Assembly: GCA_015680685.1 (NCBI GenBank)
Contig: MNCI01002962.1
Location: forward strand, 1 to 64,000
DNA: 64,000 nt
Direction: 5' to 3'
Origin: Gnetum montanum
Lineage: Eukaryota; Plantae; Gnetophyta
Of the stretch, positions 28,501 through 40,500 are shown piece after piece. Under the pieces are notes generated by a model, which did no database searches, was not told the DNA's origin, and saw only the letters and a program-made list of their open reading frames with translations. Made by a program: the position numbers and the translations under genes. Numbering within the stretch: position 1 is the stretch's first letter; each line of letters starts with the position of its first letter.

Positions 28501-31500
28501 TAATGTTGGTGGCCCCAAGCCAAGGGCAGAGAGTATGTTCATGTGTCTAGCCTCCCCAAGGTCACCTGCTAGTGTGGCCACTGTGAATCTGCAAACTATT
28601 AAGGGTTCAGGGGATGGATTCTCACCCTTAGGGAGTTGGGCATCGCTAGTCAAGGGGAGTCCCTTGTTGTCGATGGAGGAGATCTTGGGTGGGGGTTTCT
28701 CGGCGGGGGCAAAGGGGTTTCTTGTCTCCCTGGAGTCTAAGAAGGTTAATCAGCCAATGGGATTTGAGGCCCGTGCTAAGCAAGCCCAACAAGATATTGA
28801 TCTATGGGTCCAGCAGACCATCTAGGATGTGTATAAACATTGTTCCTTCAATAAACCATGAGGATCCTCTCATGCAACTTCAAACATCATACCCTTCAAA
28901 AAATTGTGGATAAGGAGGAAGTCGTGTGTTTGCAAGGAATTTCATTTGTTGTGTTGGTTAGGTTGGCACTCCCACTATGTGCCATGTCAGGGGAGGCTTG
29001 GAGGCTTGGCACTCCCACTATGTGCCATGTCAGGGGAGGCTTGGATGCCTGGCAACCCTATCCAAATGGCCTTTCAGGGTCGTGGACAAATCACAGTGGA
29101 GTATCAGTATCAGGCTCCAACAACAAGGTTTGTGGGTTACAAACTTCTATGGGACTCAGCAATGGGGAGAACAGCTGCGGGAGCTGGAGCGAATTGTGCC
29201 CTTGATTGTAGATTGGGGATAGTGGATCTTGGTGGGGGATTTCAACCAAAATCTTCATTTGTAGGAGAAGTCTAATGGGGGGGGGGGGGGGGGGGCACAA
29301 TAGTTTTAGGATTTTTTGACAACGCATGGGCTAGTCAATGTAGAGATAAGGGGGTGTCAATTCACATGGTGAAATCAAAGAAAGGGGCATGATAAGCTCA
29401 TGACTAGGATTGATTGTGTTTGGATGGGCTTAAGCATGCTAATGGATAAAGGCGTGGTCGTCATCGGAAAAGAAAGAGTTGCGTTAGATCATCGACCTCT
29501 TGTTTTTAAGATTGGGCCTCCAAATGACACAAGGCCACAACCATTTAGATTCGAACAATCATGGTTGACAAAGCCATGGCTACGACCATTGGTGGAAGAT
29601 ATTTGGGGGCTTATCGTCCAGGTAGTGACCCCAGAGATTTCTTGAAACATGGGTTGACTTTGCTCAAGCACCAAATTCGTGGGATCAAGGCTAAGGACAA
29701 ATACTCTTTTCAGTACGGTAGGGGGAAGCTTTTGCAGCATCTAGAGCAGATCTAGAGGGCCCATGAGCTGAATCAAATCCAAAAGGATGACAAGGGGGAG
29801 GTGCTGAAGGAGCTTCTAATGCTTGACAAGGAGGAAGAGGCTTATTTGAGATAGAGGAGATGAATAAGATGGTTGCGGAAAGGAGATAGGAATACACGTT
29901 TCTTTTAACAGCACGTGTGGGTCGATTGGCTAAAATGATCCCCGCTATTCGGGATGGAGGGAAAGTTGTTGAAGGGAAACAAGTGGTCGCTCAAGCTTTG
30001 TTGAGGTACTGGTTTGACATCTGGTGGCAGCAGCAAACAAAGTAGCTTACCATCAAAATTCCGCAAGTGCTTAGGGAGGTGGACAATTGTACATTGTCAG
30101 CACCCTTTTCTAAGGAGGAGTTGGAGGGGGCACTAGCATCCATGAAGGGGATAAGGTCATCGAGCCCAGATGGATGGCTGGTGAAGTTCTTTCAAATGTT
30201 TTACAAGGAGATCGGAGGAAATATCTTGGACGCTTTCAACAAGATACTATTGTAGGGGCAGGTGAGATGGGAGATTAACTGCTCATGGTTGGTGTTAATC
30301 CCGAAATCGTCAAACCCATCAAACCCAACACACTTTCGTCCTATTGGGGTGTGCAATACTTTGATCTGTCTTTTTCCAAAAATGTTAGTGGCACAAATGG
30401 GACCCATGATGCAACGCCTAGTTGGAGAACAATAGGCCGATTTTGTTAAAGGCAAATATCTACAAGATCAAATTCAATTGGTATAGGAGGTGATGCATTC
30501 ACTTCGATTAATGAGGTTTCCAAGCATGTGTTTGAAACTAGACATCACTAAGGCATATGACACTATATCCTGAAGTGTGCTATAGGAGATCATGTTGCAT
30601 AAGTGATTCCAGCCACATTTTGTGAAATTGTGCCTTCACATACAGCAGTCAAGTGTGTTCTCATTAGATTTGGGCACCAGGGTGGGGAGCTAGGATGGGG
30701 GGAGTTAGGGAGGTTCACATCCCCCTAAAAGGGGGTTAAGACAGGGGGACCCCCAATCGCCATATTTGTTCATTCTTGTGATGGATGCCATAAGCACATA
30801 CTGTCAGTCAGAAGGAGTTAGAGGGCTAATGGTTGGAGGTGTGCAATGCCTGGTGGAACACTATGTCGATGACACATTCCTATTTACAAGGGCGGCTATT
30901 CCCTAGGTGTTGGCTGTTAACAGGGCTCTTCTCCGAATGGCCAATGAGATTGGGCTAGAGGTTAATAGAGGTAAGCCCCTAGTGCACCTACTTAATGTTG
31001 AGCAAACAGTGAGGAGGAGAATTGTCCAATTGCTAGGGGTTCTGCCTGGATCTAGAGAGGACACCAACCTGGGGTTGCCGCTTTATGACTAGCACAGAAA
31101 ACGGGTTTGGGAATCGTTGATCAAAAGAATGCAAGAACGAGTTGGTCACTAGACAAATCGATTTCTGTCCAAGGTGGGGAAGTTGGTGTTGGCTTCATTG
31201 GTTCTACAAGCTATGGCTAGATTCACCATGTCCGTCGCCTCCCCTCCAACCGAGATGATGGAGAGAATCGACCACATTGTGCAGGACTTTGCATGGTTGG
31301 GGAAGTAAAGGGGGTGGTCGGATGCATCTGGTGGTGTGGGGTACCATGGCATGGTCAAAACAAACGAGGGGCCTAGGATTGCTAAGTTTTGCTGATGTTT
31401 GAGCCATGAAGCTTCAAGGCTTGTTGCGATGATTTTGTACCCCTGATGGTTACCTGGCCCAATGGGTGCAAATTGTGCATCAAAAGTACCTGCAATGGGA

Positions 31501-34500
31501 GGCCATGTGCAGTAATTTGAATTTTTGAAGGTCATTGGTTGCACATGTGCAAAGCATTTTACCATTGGGGCTTATCAATGCACAACTAGTGTAGATAATC
31601 AAGCATAAATACCCAACTATCAGGGGGTGGCAGCAATTATGGTAGGGTAGGCTTGCCAAAAAAAGTAAGTTTTTTATTTGGTTGATAAGACATGGTGCTA
31701 TGCTTGTGCGACACGTGCTATAGAGGAGGAAATTACAAGTGAACGCCATGTGTCCACTTTGCATGGAGGGGGAGGAAACTGTGGAACACTTTGCATGGCA
31801 ATGCACTTATTAGACAAGGGTGTGGTAGGCAGCGTGAATTCAATTGTCAACAATGTTGGACAGGGACTCGCTTATTACAGCCATTCTCTACCAACTATGG
31901 CGGACAAGAAACTTCCAAATTTTTAGGGGCATTGTTCCACCATTACCAGTGTAGGTGGCGGTTGGTGGTTTTCAGGCATGGAAGGAAGTGCAAGCAGCCA
32001 TGGGGGTAACCCTAATATATGAGCCATCATGTGAGGAATACTGATCTAACTCAGTCATGTGGCATCTAGTGGACAAGGTGGGTTGGGCTCCTATGCTGGA
32101 GTAGCTCTAGAGAGACCCAAAACTGGAAGATGGGTTGTTCTATAGTAATTGGCCCAGAGATATTTAGGGGAGTGAGAATTATGCTCACCGAGGCAGCCAT
32201 TGCTGGGTACTTGTAGATACCAATAGAAGGGGAGGAGGTGGGAGTCTGGGGAAGAGGGCTACAAGAGACGCATGAGTTTTTCCCAGGGATAATGCCCAAG
32301 ATGGCCAACAGGCAAATACCTAAATATGCTTTGGAGCCCATGTGGCAAGATGTCATGATGCTCGTTGACCGATTTTTTGTCCACTCAAGCAACATGTGGA
32401 AGCTACTGGGGATTCATTTTGGGTTTCTATGGTGCCTTTGAAGAGGAATTGTGGTGAATCTGCCCCGATACTTCCTAGGAGTACTATGCCAAAGGAGGCA
32501 AGGGACGCACTTGAGCCTCATTCTCATGCTTTGGCAAGCAGCAAGGGGGCGGGTTTTATCAAGGGGGGTCCCAGGGCCAACTGGGGCTCCGACAATGAGG
32601 GCGATCTATGGGTGAAGGCGGAAACAATGCTTCCACCATCGGTGGTGGACATCTCTACCAATTTGAGTGGGTTGGACAAGGAGACTTTTGATGGGAGCAT
32701 GGACAAGAGGGTGGTTGGGGAGACTAAGGTGGGCAAGTCATTGCAACCCTGGGAGTAGCTAGAAGGGTCCCAAGAGGGAGATGGACCGCAGGGGAGGGGG
32801 AGGACAAAGGGGGCCCATCAAGAACAGTGAGGCTTATAACAGAGCAAGACACGATGGAGCGCACATGAGAAGAGGAGTGAACATTATGGGTGGAGCAACT
32901 ACATGAGCAAGGGATCATTCCCCCATTTTGGACAACAAGAGATTCTCTCTCCCTGTTTTTGATGTTCACATCTTGTACATACTCTATTTAGTTTAATTTC
33001 ACACCCAAAGTTTTTTCAAAAGAAAAAAAACAACTTAGATAATTTGGACATGTGCAAAGAAGATTAGACATTGAACCTATAAACAAAGATTGCTACATCA
33101 CTCCTCTAAGAAAACCACCGAAAGGAAGACATGGGACAAAACTATCGAAGATGATTTGAAGAAACTATAGATAAACAAAGATCTAGCTCTTCATAGAGGT
33201 GAATGGCAAGAAAGAACTCATGTAGCAGACCCCATTTTGTTGGGACAAGGCTAGGATGATGATGATGACATTATGTCAATCAACAAAAGCTAGAGGTTGG
33301 GAATTATGTCAACTTGCTAACATCAATAAAGTACTTTTAGTCAAATTGATCTGGCAATTATATCTAATTGACAAACCATGGGTAAAATTATGAGAGAAAA
33401 ATACCTTTATGGTGGCTTCTTTTTCCATTATTACCCCCTTCACTACTCATGCTTCAGCCACATGGTAAGGCTTTAATTCTCTTCAACCTTGGTTTCAAAG
33501 GCATGTGACAACTAGTAATTGAGTAATAAGGTGGCAAAGTTCCCATACATTTCATTTAAACAAAGTTTATTAAACTATTCAAAATAAGATCCCTAATCCT
33601 ATTATATTCAAATGGTGGAAGGCTACTTCAATCCTTGAGACACTACATTTTCTTTAACAAATGTCTACATGGAAAAGTTGGTCAAAGCTTAGTTATAAAC
33701 ACAAGGGCTTGCTATTAATAACATTTGTGACAGGTGTCATTCAAAGGAGGAAACTTTGAATCCTTGTTTTTCTATTACACTCTCAGCCAAATTTTTTGGA
33801 CTGAATTAAAACACCACTTTGGCTTCTATGTACTAGCAAATGAGACATTACAAAAATTACTATCCCATTGGCCAAATCCAAGAGAAAAATGGCAATGACA
33901 GAAATTTCGTTTTCTACTTCCATGTCTTTTCTACTTCCTATGGCAATGCCAAAATTCGTTTTGATTTGGGCAATGCAGGTTATCACCCATCCAAGCTTTG
34001 TACCAGGCTTTGCAGGTTTGGAGTATAATAGGGAGAAGCAATAGCATTTCTGATTTTTGCAAAGGTGCCATAAGCACCAATTAAAATAATGTCGCTACTT
34101 CATTTGTTTAGTTGAAAGTTTTTAGCATGATCAAGTTTTCATTTTGTTCTAGTTATGTCTCTCTATTAGAAACCAATTTCATTCTTCAGTTCCTTGTCTA
34201 GTTTGTTTCACTTGGCCTATTATCTTTTACTAGTTTGGTGTCCTGGCCATCAATAGAACTAGGTTTACTCTATCTCAAAAAAAAAGGGAGGGGGGGGAGG
34301 GGGGGGACACAAGTATCACCTAAAGAAAACTTAGGATCTTGAAAGTATCACAAGGTGTCTTGAAATTCACTTACAGGTCCATAAAGTGCATCTGCATCCA
34401 AAAAATTGCTTGTGTTCTCGGCCCTACTACATAGAGCTGTAAACATTTAACAGAATTAATAATGTTAGATTTCAAATATGCAAGACATACAATATCTAAA

Positions 34501-37500
34501 TTTATAAATTTGCTGATGTTCTAATCCCTGCTGCCTACAACTAAAAATATTTAGCGGAATAATCTATGAACTAAAAATATAAAACTCCAAATATCAAATG
34601 ATCTGTTTACATATTTAACTTACTCTTAGGCTATGGTATTTGATAACATTTTCACAGCCAACTGCCTAATACAAATAAATTCTATGATAAGTAAATACAA
34701 TGAAAGTCCAAACATAGATTTACAATCCAACATATAGTATTCACTTAGAAAATCTGTCCTTTCACTATATAACCTGATTTAGTTTGGTGATGGACTCCCC
34801 AGTAATTAGTCTATCATCAAGATACAAAATCAAAATCGCTACACTCCATGAATCTAGAGTTGAATATACATAAAGACCAACATCTACACCTAATCTTTTG
34901 AATCCAAATTTATATAGATAATGTTCCTGAAAATTGCTCTCTCTGGAATAGAGGTTTCTTCACTTATAAAATTCAACAGAATTTTGCAAATGGCCTTAAG
35001 TGGTCCAGAAATAACACAAATCAAATAAGAACTTAGAAGACTAAGATGATGGAAGAGAATGTTAAAAGAGAAAGTAAACTGAAAATTATGAAAATAGATA
35101 AAGATAATGAAAAGCAATACCAATAAAATGGGAAGGAAAGCAATCTTTAAATTAAATCGCAACCACATTAACACCAGCATTTGATCAGCAATAGGGGAAA
35201 TTATAGTCTACAGCTGGGAAAGAGACATGGATTCTCCAATAGGTGTTTAAAATTCTCTAATAGGGGGAGAATTGAATTGCTTCCAAAACAAGGTGAAGTG
35301 AATTCAATCATATTTGCCTTGCTGCTACTAGAAACTTGTGATTTCAATCTCACTTTGAAGAAACATAGGAGTTGACGCCAAGGATAGATATTGACACCAG
35401 AGAGTAGAGAGAACAAGTGCTCAACATGATCTTGGTTTGCTATTAGAAAACTGATGAAAAGTCATCCAACCTGAAATAGTCTTCGAATTGGATATTTATA
35501 ACCTTGATTCCATCTTTTGGGCTTATGTCTCAGGTAGTTGAAATGAACAATTGAAGACTTAACACTAGCATTAGTGTTCACATTAAACTAGAAACAGATG
35601 TAGAGTTGATGTCAAACTTGATGCAAGTGTCAACTCTTGTAAGACCCCTAATAAGCACCCTCTAAAAATCAGTGCAATTTTTTTTATTTTCCAAGGCTCT
35701 AAAAACACAAGATTATACTTACATGAGCAACTAATAAGGATGTGACTCATAATGATGGGATGATTACAGGGCCTACGTACCTTCTTCCCTCATTAGACTT
35801 AACAAAATGTTGATAGGATGAGACCTTGTCACTTCTCATAATCCTAAGGATTGATGCATCTACTGCATGTCATCTATCTTTAGTAACATTATGACACCTT
35901 AAAAACTAGCTTTGTCCAACATGATTGCTAACACTCTACATCACTTACTAAGCTAGAAAACGTCAAGCATTTGTGTGACTCACTTGTTTCAAGTTTTTTT
36001 TTACAAGCAGTACCAACGAATATGGTTGGATGTACTCCTAGTCCTCCACTATATTTCCACCATACAAGATCATTTAATCTATAATAGGCTTCAAGCAATG
36101 GTTGGGAATCAAAAATGGATAGGTTCCAACAACTTTGCCTATGCAATGTGGCGTTGCATTCCCACATTAAGGGCCATCTAACTGGAAGAATCTGGTCACC
36201 ATCTGGCCATGATTTGGGTTATATTCCAGTTCCAAACTACACAAACATGGATTGCCTCAACCATCATCTTTGGACTACACCTCAATATATCCCCAAGAAA
36301 GATGACAAGGGATCGTATGTGAGGTGGGTACATACTTACGAATGGCACATGCATCATTGAAAACCTTCAGGTGTTGTGCAACTCAAGCCCTGTGGGTCCA
36401 ACGGCTCAAGATATTAAGCTGAAGTAAGCATGTGTATGGGTAGGGTTGGATAGTGGTGCTTATCTCCACATCTAGGGTGAGGTGTATGCAAAATAAATAA
36501 ACAATGCAACCCATCCATTCAAGGTATGGGGATGGATATATTATTATTAAAATGATTAGTTAATGATCCCTAAAAATACTACATGCTTCACACAATGCAC
36601 ACCAGTCAAATGCATCATCCACCGAATAACTAATTATGAGTTTAGGTGAATTGTTTATCCTAGGGCCCAAAGGGCTTCTAATCATAATTCATGTGGATTA
36701 ATTTTATGGAAAACAAATAAACATACATGATCACACATATGTTTTCTTTCTTTTCTTTGCACAAATAAAAGAATATAATCGCTGATAAGTAAATGGGATT
36801 AGCATATTGAAGCAAAAGTAAATAAACAATATTTACTTGCATAAAAGGGAAATCTAACTATGACAAAATATACAAGCATTCATGCAATGAAAGACTTCCT
36901 CCAAGGAGACCTGCTTGCTTCTCATGGCTTTTTGCCCTCGGCCGTTCGGCCTAGGTGAGATGCTGTGAGCGATCGGGGGGTCCTTCCCCCTCGGTGCGGC
37001 CACCGCTGGTGACCCCCCTGTTGTAATCTCTTGTAACATATTTTTGCAATTTTCAGTAATAGAATCCCNCAACAGCAGCAGAAAAATCCACCTCCAAGAG
37101 CCCACAAGAAAACTCAACACAGCCCAAGAGATGGCTGAGAACAAGCAATTAACAGCCACTCTTCCTATCCTCTCCTCAACTCCTCACCCCTCCAATTATC
37201 ATAGTCTCACCTTCCTTGGCCAAAAGTGAAAATGAGAGTAAATACCCCCTCTATTTATAGCATGAAGGAAACCTTAGGGCTTGGGTAAAGACTTGTGCAT
37301 AAACATTTACACAATGGGCAAAGAATAGACAACCCATTCTTCAAAAATCCTTTTTTAAAAAAAAATTCATTTCATTATTGCTATTTGACTTGGACAAGCA
37401 AGCTCTCATGAGGGAGTAGACATGTGAAATTCATACCGCTCAAGAGAGTCACATGGCTCTTATGAAATGAGTCTTTTGTTCCTTTCCAGCCATTAATATG

Positions 37501-40500
37501 AAGTGGACAATTTGCACATACATAAATTAGATGTCATCATAAGCATGTCATAGAGCATACATCACCATCCCACATTGACTTTTTCCATGGCCCCACCTTT
37601 TTTTCTTGTTTTAAGTCACTTTTTAGGTTATATGTTATGAGGGTTTCTAATGCATTTTTAGCCTTCTGTGTATTTTCCACATTTCCTATAATTTATCTAG
37701 TAAACATATCATTGATACTAAATGTTTTGTCTATCCAATTTATCCATCCAATATTTTACACATATTGAGCTGGTCATAATGAGCATAAACATGCCATAGC
37801 TACCATGCTAGAAATTAATATTTCAATTGAATCAAGGAAAACATAGTCCCGACGAGTACTTTTTTAATCGTTTAACATAAAAATTTTAAAATATAAAGCT
37901 CAAATTGAAAAACTAATTGTAGATCTATACTCTAGGCAGAAAAATGAGTTGGTCCACCAAATTTGAGTGTGATCCGACGACTTTGAATTTCGACGTATTT
38001 TAATTAATTAAATTTTTAATAATTTAACAATTCTAACTAAATGTCAAAATAAACCATGGATCCACATCACATTAATTTTCTAGTATTATTATAAAATAAT
38101 GGTAGAATTTGCAATGCTCATTCATTAATAAAAAATATATATTTCTTAAACTTAAAATAAAAAAAATTAGAAATAAATAGTAACCTTGCTTATGCCACCT
38201 AAACAAAGGTCTTCATATTACTAACAAGCATTAAGCATATCTACAAATATATATATAAGCTTTTAAACATATTAAAGTCTAAATATTTAATAGAGTACTG
38301 AGGCCACATGTAAAAATGTGGAACATTACTGTTGGAAAAATGAAGCCAAATACATTAATTGTTGTATTTCCTTTTATGTTGCATTTAATGTGAGGATGTG
38401 TTTTATCCCACATGTATGAGGATTGGGGTTTGGTCCTCATGTTTCTTCATAAATAGAAGGTTTGGGGTAGCCTTTAGGGTGTGCTTCAAAGTGAAAGCAT
38501 TGTATCAAGGTTTTACCTTGGAGACGTGAGTCTTGTTGGTGTTGATCTGAGATCTGTTGGAATAACAGATTGTGTGTTTGAAAAGTTGCAAAGACGGNTA
38601 CAGTGCAATATTTTGCCTCTAATGATTTATTCAGATCTGTAGGGTTTTTAATAATTTCTCTAGAGCATTTGTAGTGTGTTTTCAGATCTGTGTTTTTCAG
38701 ATCTGTGTTTTCAGATCTAATTGTTTTCAAATATGATTATAACACATTACAACTTTCATGTGAAACAGTCTACCAATAGACCATGAAGATTTTGTCATGG
38801 AATTGTAGGGCTTAGGTACACCCTATAAACAAAATACCCTGAAAGAAATTGAACGAAATGAAGAATGTAATGCAGTCTACCTATAGAAAACAAAACTGCA
38901 ATAAACAGAATCTCAATTCTTGAGGTGGAATGGCTAGCAAACACAGGTGATCCCCTATCAGGGCAAGGCAAGTGGACTGGCCATTCTTTCACAACTACCT
39001 TTCATTCCCATTGATGCATCCACATGGAGCACAACTATCTTCATCATGCCAAAGGGCATCTAGCTTACCAATGTTTATGGGGCCCAAAATTGGGAGATTC
39101 AACTACAAAATGCTTAGACGGGTGGCTCGGGTGGTTCTAGATTGGAGGCAATGGATCTTGATAGGCAACTCCAATCAACAGTTGCATCCATGGGAGAAAT
39201 TCAAAGGTGACAACGCAGACCCTCCAAGGGGTCAAGAATTCTAGTCATTTCTTGAAAATCATGAGCTCATCAACATAGAGATCAGAGCTGCAAAGTCACA
39301 TGGAGTAACCAACGATGTGGGAAGGATCAGGTGGTGTCAAAGATTAACTAGGTCTAGATTAGCTCGAATCTTTTGCTGAAGTTTGATGTTCATGTGTCTA
39401 GGAAGGAGCGATAGGCTTCAGACCACCGTTCGATTGTTTGTCAAATTCACAAAAGCCTAAGGAGTGCTCCTCATTCATTTCGATTTGAAAGGACTTGGTT
39501 AATCAAACCTTGGTTCCAGCCAATGGTGACGACTTGGGAGCAATACCAAGTGCAAGGGGACCCACGAGAGTTTCTGAAGGATGGATTGAACCAAATCAAA
39601 CAAAAGCTTTGAGCCAAAGCATCTGAAGATAAATTTTCCTTTCATGCTTATCAAATCAAGTTGCAGCATAGGCTAGGGGAAATTCAATCGCAGCAAGAGG
39701 AAGGAGCGGAGTTGAAGGAAGAGGAACAGGCAATTCTCAAAGAACTTTTGGACCTTTCATCTAAAGAGGAAACATACTAGAGACAACATGCTAGGATCAC
39801 TTGGCTCAAGGAAGGAGACAGAAACACAAGATCTTTCGTCGCAACCGCCAAGGCAAGAGGACAAGCGAAGAGGATGATACAGTTGGTGCAAGGGGACACC
39901 ACCCTGGTTGACAACCAGGATATTGCCGAGACAATGCATCAATACTGGGCCAATATTTGGTGTGAGCATAGCACCAAGCTACCTTCAGTGCGGGTCAAAA
40001 GGGTTATCGGTTGGGCGGAGAATATGCTATTGCTTAGGCCCTTCACAATGATGGAGTTGGAAGAAGCAATAGCAACTATGAATAAAAACAAAGCTCCAAG
40101 TCCAGATAGATGGCTGATCAAATTTTTTAAGGAGTTTGTGGATATCATGGGGGAAAATATGATGGATGCATTCAACAAGATGCTACATTAGCAGCAGGTT
40201 CGTCAAGAGATTAATTATTCAAAGATAGTTCTCATCCCAAAAGTGACTAATCCTATGGCACCATTGCAATTCCGGCCTATTAGGGTTTGTAATACCTTGC
40301 TTCAACTTTTTACAAAAATGCTTGTTTGTCATCCAGCCCCGATGATGCCAAAGCTGGTTGGGGGGCATCAAGCAGGTTTCATAAAAGATCATTTTCTACA
40401 GGACCAAGTCTTACTCCTGCATAAAATCTTGCACCCATTGCATAATACTAGGTACCTAGGGATGTGCATCAAGCTAGATATCACAAAGGCTTATGATAAT

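Larger units (their letters stand above)
21900..33030 (+). mobile_element. L1 copy B (ORF1 + ORF2, degenerate), interrupted by the copia element; lacks the J-domain
   Basis: ORF1 DUF4283-like SLIGRF..WAVAQW and CHICGKGGHVATTC knuckle; ORF2 ATG 28858, GDFNQ, DHRP, EHYVDDT, zf-RVT; A-tail to 33030; TSD AACAACTTAGA(C/T)AATT at 21884-21899 and 33029-33044. Confidence 0.92.
21271..33268 (+). mobile_element. RTE-clade LINE (5'-truncated), split by L1 copy B into 21271-21899 and 33031-33268
   Basis: MDELTKEIQDEIP*CVLFANNI (plant RTE RT motif), FYRTAIRPTILYGAEYW, LR*FGHVQRR rejoined across the insertion; (GAT)n tail at about 33256-33268. Confidence 0.9.

Noticed and set aside
34720-36500. Possible old LINE/LTR remnants
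   Set aside because: Only vague similarity; no diagnostic motif or boundaries
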